From contig NW_003314335.1 of NCBI RefSeq assembly GCF_000143415.4, positions 808,655 through 872,654 of the forward strand: a DNA stretch of 64,000 nucleotides. The letters are read 5' to 3'. Below the pieces are notes generated by a model that saw nothing but the letters and a program-made list of their open reading frames with translations, was not told where the DNA came from and did no database searches. Numbering within the stretch: the stretch's first letter is position 1; every line of letters starts with the position of its first letter. Shown here in pieces: positions 53,701 through 64,000 of the stretch. Made by a program: the position numbers and the translations under genes. Origin of the DNA: Selaginella moellendorffii (Eukaryota > Plantae > Lycopodiophyta).

Positions 53701-56221
53701 TATCGCTGGATGATAGCTTACCGTGTTTGCCAAACACCCTCGCTATCATGCCCTTTGTGTTAGTCTCATTTCGGTCCCAAATGCTAATTATGGAAAGTGT
53801 CCAGATTTGCTCATTTGGCATATCTACGGAATGTAGAGGGTGGCCTGAACACAATGGTGTTCGTCCTATGTCCAAATTCACAATCTAGGGACATTCCATA
53901 TTTAATAAGTTTCGAGCTTGTCCCAGAGACTAACTCTTGATACTAAGGGAGGCTTGGGTGAAAGCCCAAAGCGTGTATTCCTCAAGGGGGGGCTGTGGGG
54001 GGTTCCAAATGTATAGTAGGGATAGTGGGTAGGTCGGGCATGGTTGGCCAACCTGAGGCATAGTCTAGCTCCTGTTTGCATGCCTGTCCTTGTTCTGCGT
54101 CCAACTTGGGTCTAAGCCCAAGTTCCATTCCATGCTAGTTGGTGGAGTACCCATATCCTCACGTTAGGCCACCGGTATGCCAAAATAGCGCCAGACTCTA
54201 TTTGGCTCCGTTTTGTGTGCTGGTCCTGGCATTGGGATGCTGGTTACTCTAGGACTGTTCCAAGTTGCTCCGGGCTCCTGTCCCTTCGCTCCTTGGGCTT
54301 TATGCTAGGGAGTTGCTCCGTGGTTCGGTTCCATCACTCCTTGGCTCCACACTTGGGAGTTTGGCACCGTTCCTTCGTTCAGTGGCCCAAGGCCCTGAAC
54401 CTCGGGTTCCTATGGACATGTGGCATGGACACATGGCATGTGACACGTGGCATCTGTCACGTGGCACAAAGAGGGTTTAGGTACCGCTTTGTGGTGTTAT
54501 CCTATGGTAAATCACCATAGGATAAAGGGTCAAAACCACGTGCGCTACATCAATTGACAATTAAATCATTGTGATACTTATATCATATCTATATGACCAT
54601 GAGCAATATGTTTACAAAGTTATTTAGTTAAATAATGATCACTCCCAAAGTGGTTGATAATGAGGGTAGTCTACTTGCAAGAAGTAGTATTATAGTAGCT
54701 TTGACTAGATTCTTGATGGTGATCCATTTTATGCTAAATTGGTACCTTTGTTCCTTAATGGTTTTGGAAGAGTTATAGCATTTATTTGTTAACTTGTTAG
54801 TGAATCTGTTAGCACTTGAAATAAATTGTTAGATGGAAAAGATGTGTAGCTAAAGTGTTGACATTACTAGGACTTGTGTTAGTGAAAGTGAGTGATGGAA
54901 GAGTTTTCCTTAGAGTTTGATCTTCATGTCATTTTTCTCGTTAGTGTTTTAGCATTGTATTGGATTTTGAAAATGATTGAAGAAGAGTGTAAATACAGTA
55001 TGAATATTTGAAAATATGGTTTTCATAATCAAGTTTTAGGGTATTCATTTTACATTTACAGATATCGTTGTTGGATGTTGAAAATATAGAATATTATTCG
55101 ATGCTTAAGTGTATTATTGGGTCATGAGAATTTACATTGAGGTAGACCTATCTGAAGATGTAGTTAAGAAGAAGTTAGTTGAGTCTTGAAATTTTACATT
55201 CTTGGACTGAAAATCATTCTTTTTCTCGAATAAAAAATTTTTCTATGAATTTTCTTAGACTTTTCCAATGGCTAATTTATTAATCATTTTGCCCAAAAAC
55301 CATTCCATTTTTGTAATCTAATACAAGTTAGTGAAAGGGTTAGAATTTATTTTGGTTGGCTTAGGTAGTTTGTATGATGTAAATGAAAGGGATATTGACT
55401 TTTAGGGTTAAAGCAATTGAGTTGAATATAGTCTAAAGATGGTGTAGAAAAGTAATTATTGTATTTTTTTAAAAAGGTGACCCTTATGCCTTTCTTTTAT
55501 AGTGTTATATTTTATGGTAGATTTCACTTTGCATTTCATTAAACTCTATAAAAGTAATAAGATCTTAGTAATTTTGATTTGATCTTGATAGTATTGCACT
55601 TTGGCTGAAGATGGTAATATCCAACTTAGTTGTTTGTGGTTAAGTTGTTAATACTCATATTATAACCTTGTTTATGAGGAGGTTGTGTACCTTATGAGTT
55701 TATCTCATAGTTTTCACTTTAATTATGATTGAGTGTTGATCATACATAGCTAACCTCTTTGGTTATACTTAGAGTTATTAGCTATATGTGTTAGTAAGCT
55801 TATTGTGGTTCGATTGGATTCAAGTGGTCATTTAGTTCATGCTTGTCTATGTTCCTATATCTAATACCTAGAGTGTACCTTTCTATTGGACAAGTATATA
55901 ATATAATAACGCGAGTTCAGTGTTTGGGTTTGTGAAGGCAAGTTGAAGAGTGATTGTTGGTTGCTTTGCAATTAATGATTGCTTATAGACTTCATTGAAA
56001 ACTATTAACACTTTCTTTGTTTAATAATGATTTAGTAGTGATAAATTTGTTTTACCGAATAGTGTTGTAAAGGATTGTATTGTTAAACTTACATGGTTTT
56101 TCTATATTAGCATGTCGATTTTACTTCTATCAATATCATTTGGTTGCATTTAGTCCATAGTGTTGAATTATATTGACTCTTAGATGTGCTGATTCATTCT
56201 TTGATGATGTATTATTTCTAG

Positions 56222-56493
56222 TTGAGTATTGGTCTTAGATACTAAGTAAGGTATCTTTGGCTTTGGTTATTTTGGTTGCTAAAGAGTGTTAAGTGGTGAT
56301 CGGCTCTTGTTTTCTTCTAGTTTTATTCTGGTATTGATGGTATTGAAGTGATGCCCAATTGAGTATTGGTCTTAGATACTAAGTAAGGTATCTTTGGCTT
56401 TGGTTATTTTGGTTGCTAAAGAGTGTTAGGTGGTGATTGGCTCTTGTTTTCTTTTAGTTTTATTCTGGTATTGATGGTATTGAAGTGATGCCC
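56222..56493. repeat. 137-bp tandem duplication within the A1 interior
   Basis: ttgagtattggtcttagatactaag...gaagtgatgccc repeated at 56222 and 56359. Confidence 0.88.
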
Positions 56494-56663
56494 TATCATT
56501 AATATTGTTGACATGGAGATTTGAGTGAGATTCTATAAGATTGATATTGAGTTTCATTAATCTTAATATAGATAGTGTTGATGGTTTAGTCATAGCTTTA
56601 TGTCATTGGTATTCATATATTTGTTAGTTATCAACTATATTGATGTTCAAACGAGTTGAGTAG

Positions 56664-57081
56664 TGTAAGCTCCTGAGTTTTGGACTTAACCCCAAATATC
56701 AACCGATTGGAAAAGGGGGTGCACGGAAGCTGAGAGCCATAGCTCTCCCGAGAGTGGGGCTTGACACCCTACCCCTTGGGTCGAGCCCAGCAGGAGCAAA
56801 CTAGACCAACCAGATGTCAATCAACATGTGGTGTGATTCCCTTATCCAACCAACAGAGTCAGACTTGAGACCCCTCTGATACCAAATGTAAGCTTCTGAG
56901 TTTGGACTTCCCGGGAGGTCACCCATCCCAGTACTATTCAAACCCAAGGACGCTTAACCCCAAATATCCCAAGACCTTTAACCGATTGGAAAAGGGGGGT
57001 GCACTTTTGTTCATGGGCCCTTTTCCTCTATATTTGAACCCCATGGATCATCTCTCGAATCGTTCCCTTTGGTTGCTTACA
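56664..57081 (-). mobile_element. Cassandra-type TRIM with 5S rRNA-derived LTR segment, inserted in A1
   Basis: Intact 195-bp 5' LTR 56887-57081. PBS rc ctctgatacca at 56874-84. Internally deleted 3' LTR from 56664. TSD AGTAG/AATAG. The rc of 56904-56958 is GTTAAGCGT.CTTGGG..TGAATAGTACTGGGATGGGTGACCTCCCGGGAAGTCC, the 5S A-box to C-box region. Confidence 0.88.
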
Positions 57082-59289
57082 AATAGCAAGTTAAGTTAAT
57101 TGTATTCTAACCGAAATTGTTTAATAAGGTTGAGCTTTGGCTTTTTCTTGAAAGTGATTTAATGCTAACTTTACGAAAGGAAGAGTTAATGATTAATATT
57201 AAAGTTGTTTGTTACTTATTAGATTTGCATTGGGGTATATCGATCATTGATGATTTTTTCTTATGTTTGTTATGAAGTGAGTTATGTCTTGCTATAGATA
57301 AATTTATAGAGCATCATTGATAATCACTTGTTGAGTATAGTTTCGTTATACTTCACTTTTGCATTTATGCAAATATGCTCTTCATTAGCTTTTGCATTAT
57401 GAAATTTAACTTATGAATGTGTTAAAAAGGATATTATAAGTTGTATTATGATTTGATCTTTAGCATTAAAGTTAGTTTATGCAAAAATTGTGATCATTAT
57501 TAAGCAATACTTAACTATAGGCTTCTTCAAACTTTTGGTTCTTTGAGTTTCCTGCTCATTATTTCATTTATTAAGAGTTGTTGGGGAAAACATTTTAGCT
57601 TATTAGCTTTGATGTTGAAATTAGCTTTTACATCTAACAATTGCCTATCATCTAGGATAATTGATTATGGGGCCTGATAGCAAAGGTGTCTAATGGACAT
57701 AATAAGCTATTATATAACAATATTGAGGGACTAGATTTAATATCATGGGGGTTTTTGATACTAGCAAGTGCAAGTTTATAATACGAGTTTCTCAAACCAA
57801 GTCAAATATGCTCAGCAAAAAATATATAAAGGTTCCTACTTTATATTTATCCAATCTAAGTACACATACGTTAATTAATTTCTCAACTAGCTCAAATGGA
57901 AACTATAAAAAGAACTAGATAATAATGCAATGTACAGCATTCCACACCTATAGATCCAGTGAGATATCTCATTTAGTAGCCTTCTATCAATTTGGCATTT
58001 ACCTACACAAGAACCTCCTTATTTGTTGATAAACCACTCACTCGTTTAGTGCTTGTTATATTATATATATCAAGCCATTGACAATCAACAACACATAAAA
58101 CAAGCTCCCATATTATAAATTAGTCCCCATTTATGAAAAAGATATTGGAGCATAAAATCATTGCTATGGTCCTCAATTACAAGACTGTGTGCTGCCAATG
58201 CTAATCAAGAGTGCCCACCATAAAAAACATATTGAAAATGAACTAGCACACAATGCCACCTAGAAACCTAAACTGATAATGTGGTGCATTGCACCCATAT
58301 GACATGAATAAGGGTATGCATGACCATGCCAAAAAAAATACATATTTGTAAGTTTTAAAAAGTTTTAGTGTTTACAAAAAAAGTTATATTTCAAATGTAT
58401 TTTTCAAGATTTGACTTTTGATGTGTGGAGCTTGCTTCCTCCTGCGAAACCTACTGTTCACGTTAGGCCTGCTTTTGGAAAAACTAAGTTTGGCATCTCT
58501 GAACCATCACATCACTTTTTCATTGTTATACTCTTGAGTTGTTCATTTACCGAACTCTTCCAAGTTTTCTGTTAACTACAGTCTTTCTCACCTTTACCAA
58601 AGACCATCCCTAATCAACTTAAAAGCAGCACGTGGAATGTTTGAAAGCAGCTGAATCATCTCCTCCTCCTCAAACTGCAAGTATAACTTTAATAAAAAAA
58701 ACCTGCAACAAGACTTACATTGGCCGATTGAGTTGGCTCTATACACTTCATGGTCTGGGAGCCTGGAGGCTCTCCCTGGCAGGGCTCCACAGTCTATACA
58801 CCAATTCATGGAGTGAGATCAAGAGAGTTTGTTCCAGTCTCGCTTATGCCTTTGAAGTGATACTCCCATTACATATCTTCTTGAGGCTCATATCATCTCC
58901 ATTGACTGCAAGAGCATGCACACGTAAATTCTGGGCCGGTCGCTCCACTGACAGCAGCCGGTCAAGCGATTTGTGTTACAAAGATCGGAATATTCATCAT
59001 ATCACTCAGATGTTGAAATAAAAAACGTTGAACAGTCATGCTGGAGTACTCGATCCTAACCCACTCGTTGGTTGCCGGATTCCCCACCGCCAACTCCACC
59101 TCAAGTGCTCGAGAGCTCACAACCGACCATATGAAACCGCTGTCTGGAATCACAATGCCAATGCTCAGCGATCCTTCTCTCAAACAAATCTCTAGCCTTG
59201 TCCAAATTTTCACGCCGAGCACAAGCAGCCAACATCGCATTCCATGAGGAAAGACTCCTCTCGGGCATCTGATCGAACAGTTGCTCTGA

Positions 59290-59890
59290 TTTTAAGAGAT
59301 CGTCATTCTGTACGTCGAGATCACGTCCCTGTGAGGCATCGTGTCGAAAATCTCGGTGGCCTTTTTAATATGCCTACGCTGAAACCATAGTATTCCACGC
59401 AAAGTCGTCCTTTTCCGGCATTTCATTCGCTGGAGGCGGGTTTTTGGAAGAGGCTGAATCTGTGCTTCAGGCAATGCCATACAAAGGCCTTGTTGCCTGT
59501 ACGACTATGATTGCAGCATATGCCCACGACGGAACAGCAGCTCGACCTTTTCAAAATGCCCTTAAGCGGCATATGCTGATAACACAACGGTCCAGGACAC
59601 AGAATCTCTCTGTGGCATGTTTTCCAGCATGTTTTGAGCCTTTCGAAGTTTCCGTTTCTGGGCATATGCAATCAAGACGTTGTTCCACGAGAATAAGTTC
59701 GGAGTGCTAACTGTGTCAAAGATGCGACGGGCTTGCTCAGTTTCTCCACATTTCCCATACATTTCCACCAGCAAGTTATTGAGATATCGGTTCCTACAGT
59801 GCCTCCCAGCGCTGATATGTGCGTGAATTTCTTTCCCTCTGGAAAGGTCTCGGGAAATGGTGCACCACTTGACAATATCCACAGAAGACG
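59290..59890 (-). pseudogene. Broken PPR gene fragment with an internal inverted piece
   Basis: Minus: GKEIHAHI...YLNNLLVEMYGKCG...NLFSWN..LIAYAQ...DSVSWTVVLSAYA* and ATEIFDTMPHRDVIS. Plus (59445-59540): EEAESVLQAMPYKGLVACTTMIAAYAHDG. Confidence 0.78.
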
Positions 59891-60035
59891 AAAATCAACA
59901 TCCATAAGCCTGCTTCATCTGCCAGGAATCGTTTGTATATGCAAGTGGAACCTCTCTATTCAATTGGTGGCGTGTTGCATTATCCAAACTACATGTAATA
60001 TTTAAGAACTCGAGAGACAGAGCTGCCTACACGCG

Positions 60036-61223
60036 ATGGGTTCTTTGGGAAGTATGGTCTTACAGGACGATGATCGTCTCAGAATCATGGAGTTCGGCAC
60101 AATGTGTGGCATTCCATCGGCTCTAAACGCAGTGATCAAGCTGGGAATTCCAGATATCCTTTCAAGTTCCCAAGACGCCCCCCTTTCTTCCGCTGAAATC
60201 ATCGCCCAAATCCCGGCCTGTGGATCATCCGGAAGTGGAGCCAACTTGGACAGGATACTCCGAGTCCTGTCCAGCGTTGGAGTCTTTCAAGAGTCTCTCC
60301 ACGATGGAGGAATCAGGAAGTATGGAGTCACTCCTCTTTGCAGGTACCTCGTCACAAATCCCAGCAATAGTGGATTGCCACTTTCTTCCTGGGTAACTCT
60401 CAACCAAGATGTGGTTTTCATGAAGACTTGGGAGTTTTTGTACCAATCTGTGACTACTGGAGCTGACCCCTTTACTGCTGCGCATGGAAAGCCGGTGTTT
60501 GATCTTACAGCCAATAACCCGCGGTTTCGGGGGATATTCGACTCTGCCATGTCCGATAACTCCAATGCTTACATGCGATTGGTTGTAGAAGCTTACGATG
60601 GTTTCCAGGGGGTAAGAACTCTGGTTGATGTTGGCGGAGGTATTGGAAACAGCTTAAGAGTTATTCTCGGTCGCCACCAAGGAATCAAAGGGATTAATTT
60701 CGATTTGCCTCATGTTATATCTAAAGCTCCAGATTTCCCGGGTACGCTCTGATTTGATTCATTACTTCTATGTAACTTCTTTTGGATTCAGGAGTGGAGC
60801 ATGTGAGCGGTGATATGTTTGATAAAGTTCCACAGGGTGATGTAATTTTTATGAAGGTGAGATTTGTGATTCTTTTGGGATCTGAAACGTTCATTTTTTT
60901 ATCTTGCACAGTGGATTTTGCACGATTGGAAGGATGAAGCATGCATCACTTTACTGAAGAATTGCTATGAATCACTCCCGAGCAGAGGAAAGGTAGTGGT
61001 GGTGGACTCTATATTGCCATCTGGGACAAACCACAGCTTTGGCTCTAGATTTGCACTTAACATGGACTTGCTCATGCTAGCGTATACAGGAGGGAAGGAG
61101 AGAACTTTGGAAGAGTTTGAGGCATTAGCAAATGCTGCTGGTTTTGCAGAAGTCAAGGTGGTTATTACACTAGATTTCTTATCTGTATTAGAAATGCATC
61201 GATATTCTGAGAAACTTATTTAA
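60036..61223 (+). CDS. Class II SAM-dependent O-methyltransferase (COMT-like), 360 aa; exons 60036-60741, 60792-60856, 60912-61223
   Basis: Dimerisation domain LDRILRVL, LVDVGGGIG, GINFDLPHVI, VEHVSGDMF, MK|WILHDW, GGKERT. Canonical introns give an uninterrupted frame. Confidence 0.95.
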
Positions 61224-61511
61224 ATCCCTTGGTCTCGTGTTTCTTTTGCGGTGTTGGTACACCATGTAAATAGTATATAAATAAATGAATGAACTATAGA
61301 TATTAGATGATATTCTTAAAATATTTAAGTAGGCATATAAAAGGTAATGGTTAATTTCCTTATAGAAAGAAGCAAGTTTTTGTTCTAGGGCATTTTGTTC
61401 CAGGAGCAATTGATTTTGGAGGCGAAATCCAAGGTGTGATAGGTGCCTTGAATCATGGAGATCAAGGGCCACATTCAGTGCCAAATTTCAGGAGAAATTC
61501 CTGGATGTAGA

Positions 61512-62006
61512 NNNNNNNNNNNNNNNNNNNNNNNNNNNNNNNNNNNNNNNNNNNNNNNNNNNNNNNNNNNNNNNNNNNNNNNNNNNNNNNNNNNNNNNNN
61601 NNNNNNNNNNNNNNNNNNNNNNNNNNNNNNNNNNNNNNNNNNNNNNNNNNNNNNNNNNNNNNNNNNNNNNNNNNNNNNNNNNNNNNNNNNNNNNNNNNNN
61701 NNNNNNNNNNNNNNNNNNNNNNNNNNNNNNNNNNNNNNNNNNNNNNNNNNNNNNNNNNNNNNNNNNNNNNNNNNNNNNNNNNNNNNNNNNNNNNNNNNNN
61801 NNNNNNNNNNNNNNNNNNNNNNNNNNNNNNNNNNNNNNNNNNNNNNNNNNNNNNNNNNNNNNNNNNNNNNNNNNNNNNNNNNNNNNNNNNNNNNNNNNNN
61901 NNNNNNNNNNNNNNNNNNNNNNNNNNNNNNNNNNNNNNNNNNNNNNNNNNNNNNNNNNNNNNNNNNNNNNNNNNNNNNNNNNNNNNNNNNNNNNNNNNNN
62001 NNNNNN
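61512..62006. other. Assembly gap (N run)
   Basis: Run of N. Confidence 1.
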
Positions 62007-62099
62007 CTCTTCCTAATTCCTTCCATTCTCTTCAAAGTAAATGAATGTAGGTTGACAAGCTTTAGTTAGTTGTGCCATACTTACCATTAAGGAAGAGGT

Positions 62100-63160
62100 C
62101 ATCATGCACAAGGATGTTGGGATTCTCCAAATTTAATCAGGCCAAAGTGATCATCCCCCAGAGGGGGGGAGAGTGGGGGCTGAGGGCATTCCAAAAGTAT
62201 AGTAGGGAGAGTGAGGGTTGGACTTTAGTAAAACAAATTTAATTAGGAAAGGTTAATATAACTTAAGACCCATGTGGTGGGTGATGATATAACCATTAAA
62301 GAGTCCAAGGCTAGAGTAACATAGATGGACAAATAGGGTAGTTTGATGAAGTGTTCAAGAACTAACTTTAATTCCCTCAAAAGATCGTGCTTTCAATCCA
62401 AGTGTGGGTGGCATTACCTACTTGGATATCTAGTGTGACTCATTGAAACTTTGTATAAAGGAAATGACTTGAAAGACGATCCATGGGGTTTAAATATAGA
62501 GGAAAAGGGCCCATGAATAAGAGTGCACCCTATTTTCAATCGATTAAGGGTTTTAAGGTATTTAGGGTTAATTGTCATTAGGGTTGAATAATATTGGGTT
62601 GGATGACCTTTCAGGAAGTTTAAATTTAGGAGTTTACACCTTACTCTAACCATATGGCTAAGGCACCTAGAGGTGAAAAGTGTTCCCCATGTCTTTAGAT
62701 ATCCTAAAGATACTAAGATGTGGTTCTAAGATGACTACTCATGGATAAATGGTTTAGTCTTTGAGAGATATAACTATAGTACAGGTGGTCTTAAACTACC
62801 AATGAGATGAAAGTGAATGGTTATAGCCTTAGTATAACGGGTTAATATATCAATAAGACGAAAGTGAATGGATATGGCTTTAATATAACAGGTTAATATG
62901 TCAATGAGACAAAAGTGAATAGATATGGCCTTAATATAACGGGCTAATATGTTAATGGTACCTTTGGGTGTCTGTCGTAAGATCAGATATGTGAAGCACT
63001 TAGATAAAGTGCAAAGGTTGAATGGTATAAAGGCCATTTTTGAGGCTAGTAAGTTTTTAAGTTGGGAATGGAATTTATAGAGGTTGTAATTAAGACTTCT
63101 TCAAGTGGTTAAAGGTGTGGTTAAGTGACTAAAGTAGAATGGAAAATTTAGTCGCTTACA
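62100..63160 (+). mobile_element. Degenerate LTR related to family B (5' boundary uncertain)
   Basis: Ends aagtgactaaagtagaatggaaaatttagtcgcttaca, matching the B LTR terminus (rc of 36298-36340). Carries the tccaaaagtatagtaggg motif at ~62190. Confidence 0.8.
62452..62638 (+). mobile_element. Degenerate solo Cassandra-type LTR
   Basis: Matches rc of 56887-57081 (gatccatggggtt.aaatatagaggaaaagggcccatgaa...gtttaca). The 5S part is eroded. No clean TSD. Confidence 0.78.
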
Positions 63161-64000
63161 CTTACATATGATTTCAATTGGAGCAACACGAGAATTTAGA
63201 AATATTAAAGTTATAGGTAAAACATTTGTAAAGCTTTTTAAAGGTTAGATTCTTTACTTTTTTTTTCAAATAGTGAACTCACATATAACCTCTCCAACTA
63301 TGCCTGAAGGAAGAATGGGAGACATGTGAAGTGGTTTTGGGATGAATATAATGCACACAAAAGAGCTGCAAGGATTTTACACTTATCATTGCATTGCTAA
63401 AAAATAATGTACGTTAGTCATGTGAGTATTTTCCAAGTTAATTAAGAAATCTCTAATTTTTTTCAGAGCTAAATTGATATGTATTTTGTTTTTATGCTCC
63501 AGTTTTGTATATCAATCTAAATTTTAAAAGAAACAAAAAATACAAGAATATTAGGTAGCTAAATTGTGATCACATCTCCACCGTCCGTCTACATCATCCC
63601 AGCCATCAAAGCTAGGTCCAAACTGCATTGCCTAGGGTTTTCTCCAGGGAGTAGGTTTTCATTTGGGGGTTCTATTACTCACTTGTGGGATGATGGGCAA
63701 GGATCCATTTGAGGGTCATTATCTCTTCCTTGAGATGCACAAGGAAGACTTTGGCATAGGGAGATGTCACAGTACTGTGGTCCAGAGAAGCATATCGCTA
63801 TTAAAGATCTCTCAATTAACTTATATAGATAAAGAGTGTGTTTTTTCTTAGCAGTGTAACAAGAATTATAAAATCCCCACAACTCTCTGAGGATTATGTT
63901 GTATTCATCCTGAAACCATTTCAAGCATCTCACATTAATCACAATGTCATTTATTATAAATAATTGCTCAACCACTTCCTTCAAGCATAGTTGAGAGGTT

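Larger units (their letters stand above)
34344..54549 (+). mobile_element. Element A2: complete non-coding (LARD-like) LTR retroelement
   Basis: LTRs 34344-35467 and 53410-54549 (TG...CA). TSD TCAAT (34339-43, 54550-54). PBS TGGTATCAGAG (35470-80). PPT AAGGGGGGGAGAG before 53410. The ~5 kb T/G-rich interior has no gag/pol ORF. Confidence 0.93.
32320..57670 (+). mobile_element. Element A1: old truncated copy of non-coding LTR family A, host of the nest
   Basis: Degenerate 5' LTR 32320-33305 (TG...CTACA) and decayed PBS tttagtatcaaa. Internal sequence 33306-34343 resumes at 54555 and is colinear with the A2 interior. Many C>T/G>A changes. No 3' LTR found. Confidence 0.8.

Noticed and set aside
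56904-56958. 5S rRNA gene
   Set aside because: Only the central ~55 nt, embedded in a TG...CA LTR next to a PBS, so it is part of a TRIM.

Overview
Compact plant nuclear DNA, most likely the lycophyte Selaginella. This is inferred from ~50-60 bp introns, SS-motif-rich PLS PPR genes and a COMT-like OMT. Positions 1-18 kb are a very dense gene block: DAP3/mS29, PPR-E, TBCCD1, a bacterial-type DUF1348 gene, PPR-DYW, an RLCK, a PLATZ factor and another PPR. Positions 18-29 kb hold gene relics (an OMT pseudogene, a VPS13 fragment) and an intronless kinase with a 29-aa N-terminal repeat. Positions 30-58 kb are a four-level nest of LTR retroelements: old copy A1 > A2 > B > C, plus a 5S-carrying Cassandra-type TRIM. 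TSDs are visible for A2, B, C and the TRIM. Positions 58-64 kb hold an intact O-methyltransferase and further relics. The most striking item is the youngest element, C. It is a chromodomain Ty3/gypsy whose integrase region is interrupted by two short GT-AG spliceosomal-type introns, and removing them restores the frame exactly. Its gag-PR region is deleted exactly at the PBS. Its 3' UTR carries a covarying multi-hairpin RNA array with tRNA T-loop mimics that is shared with the non-coding element B.
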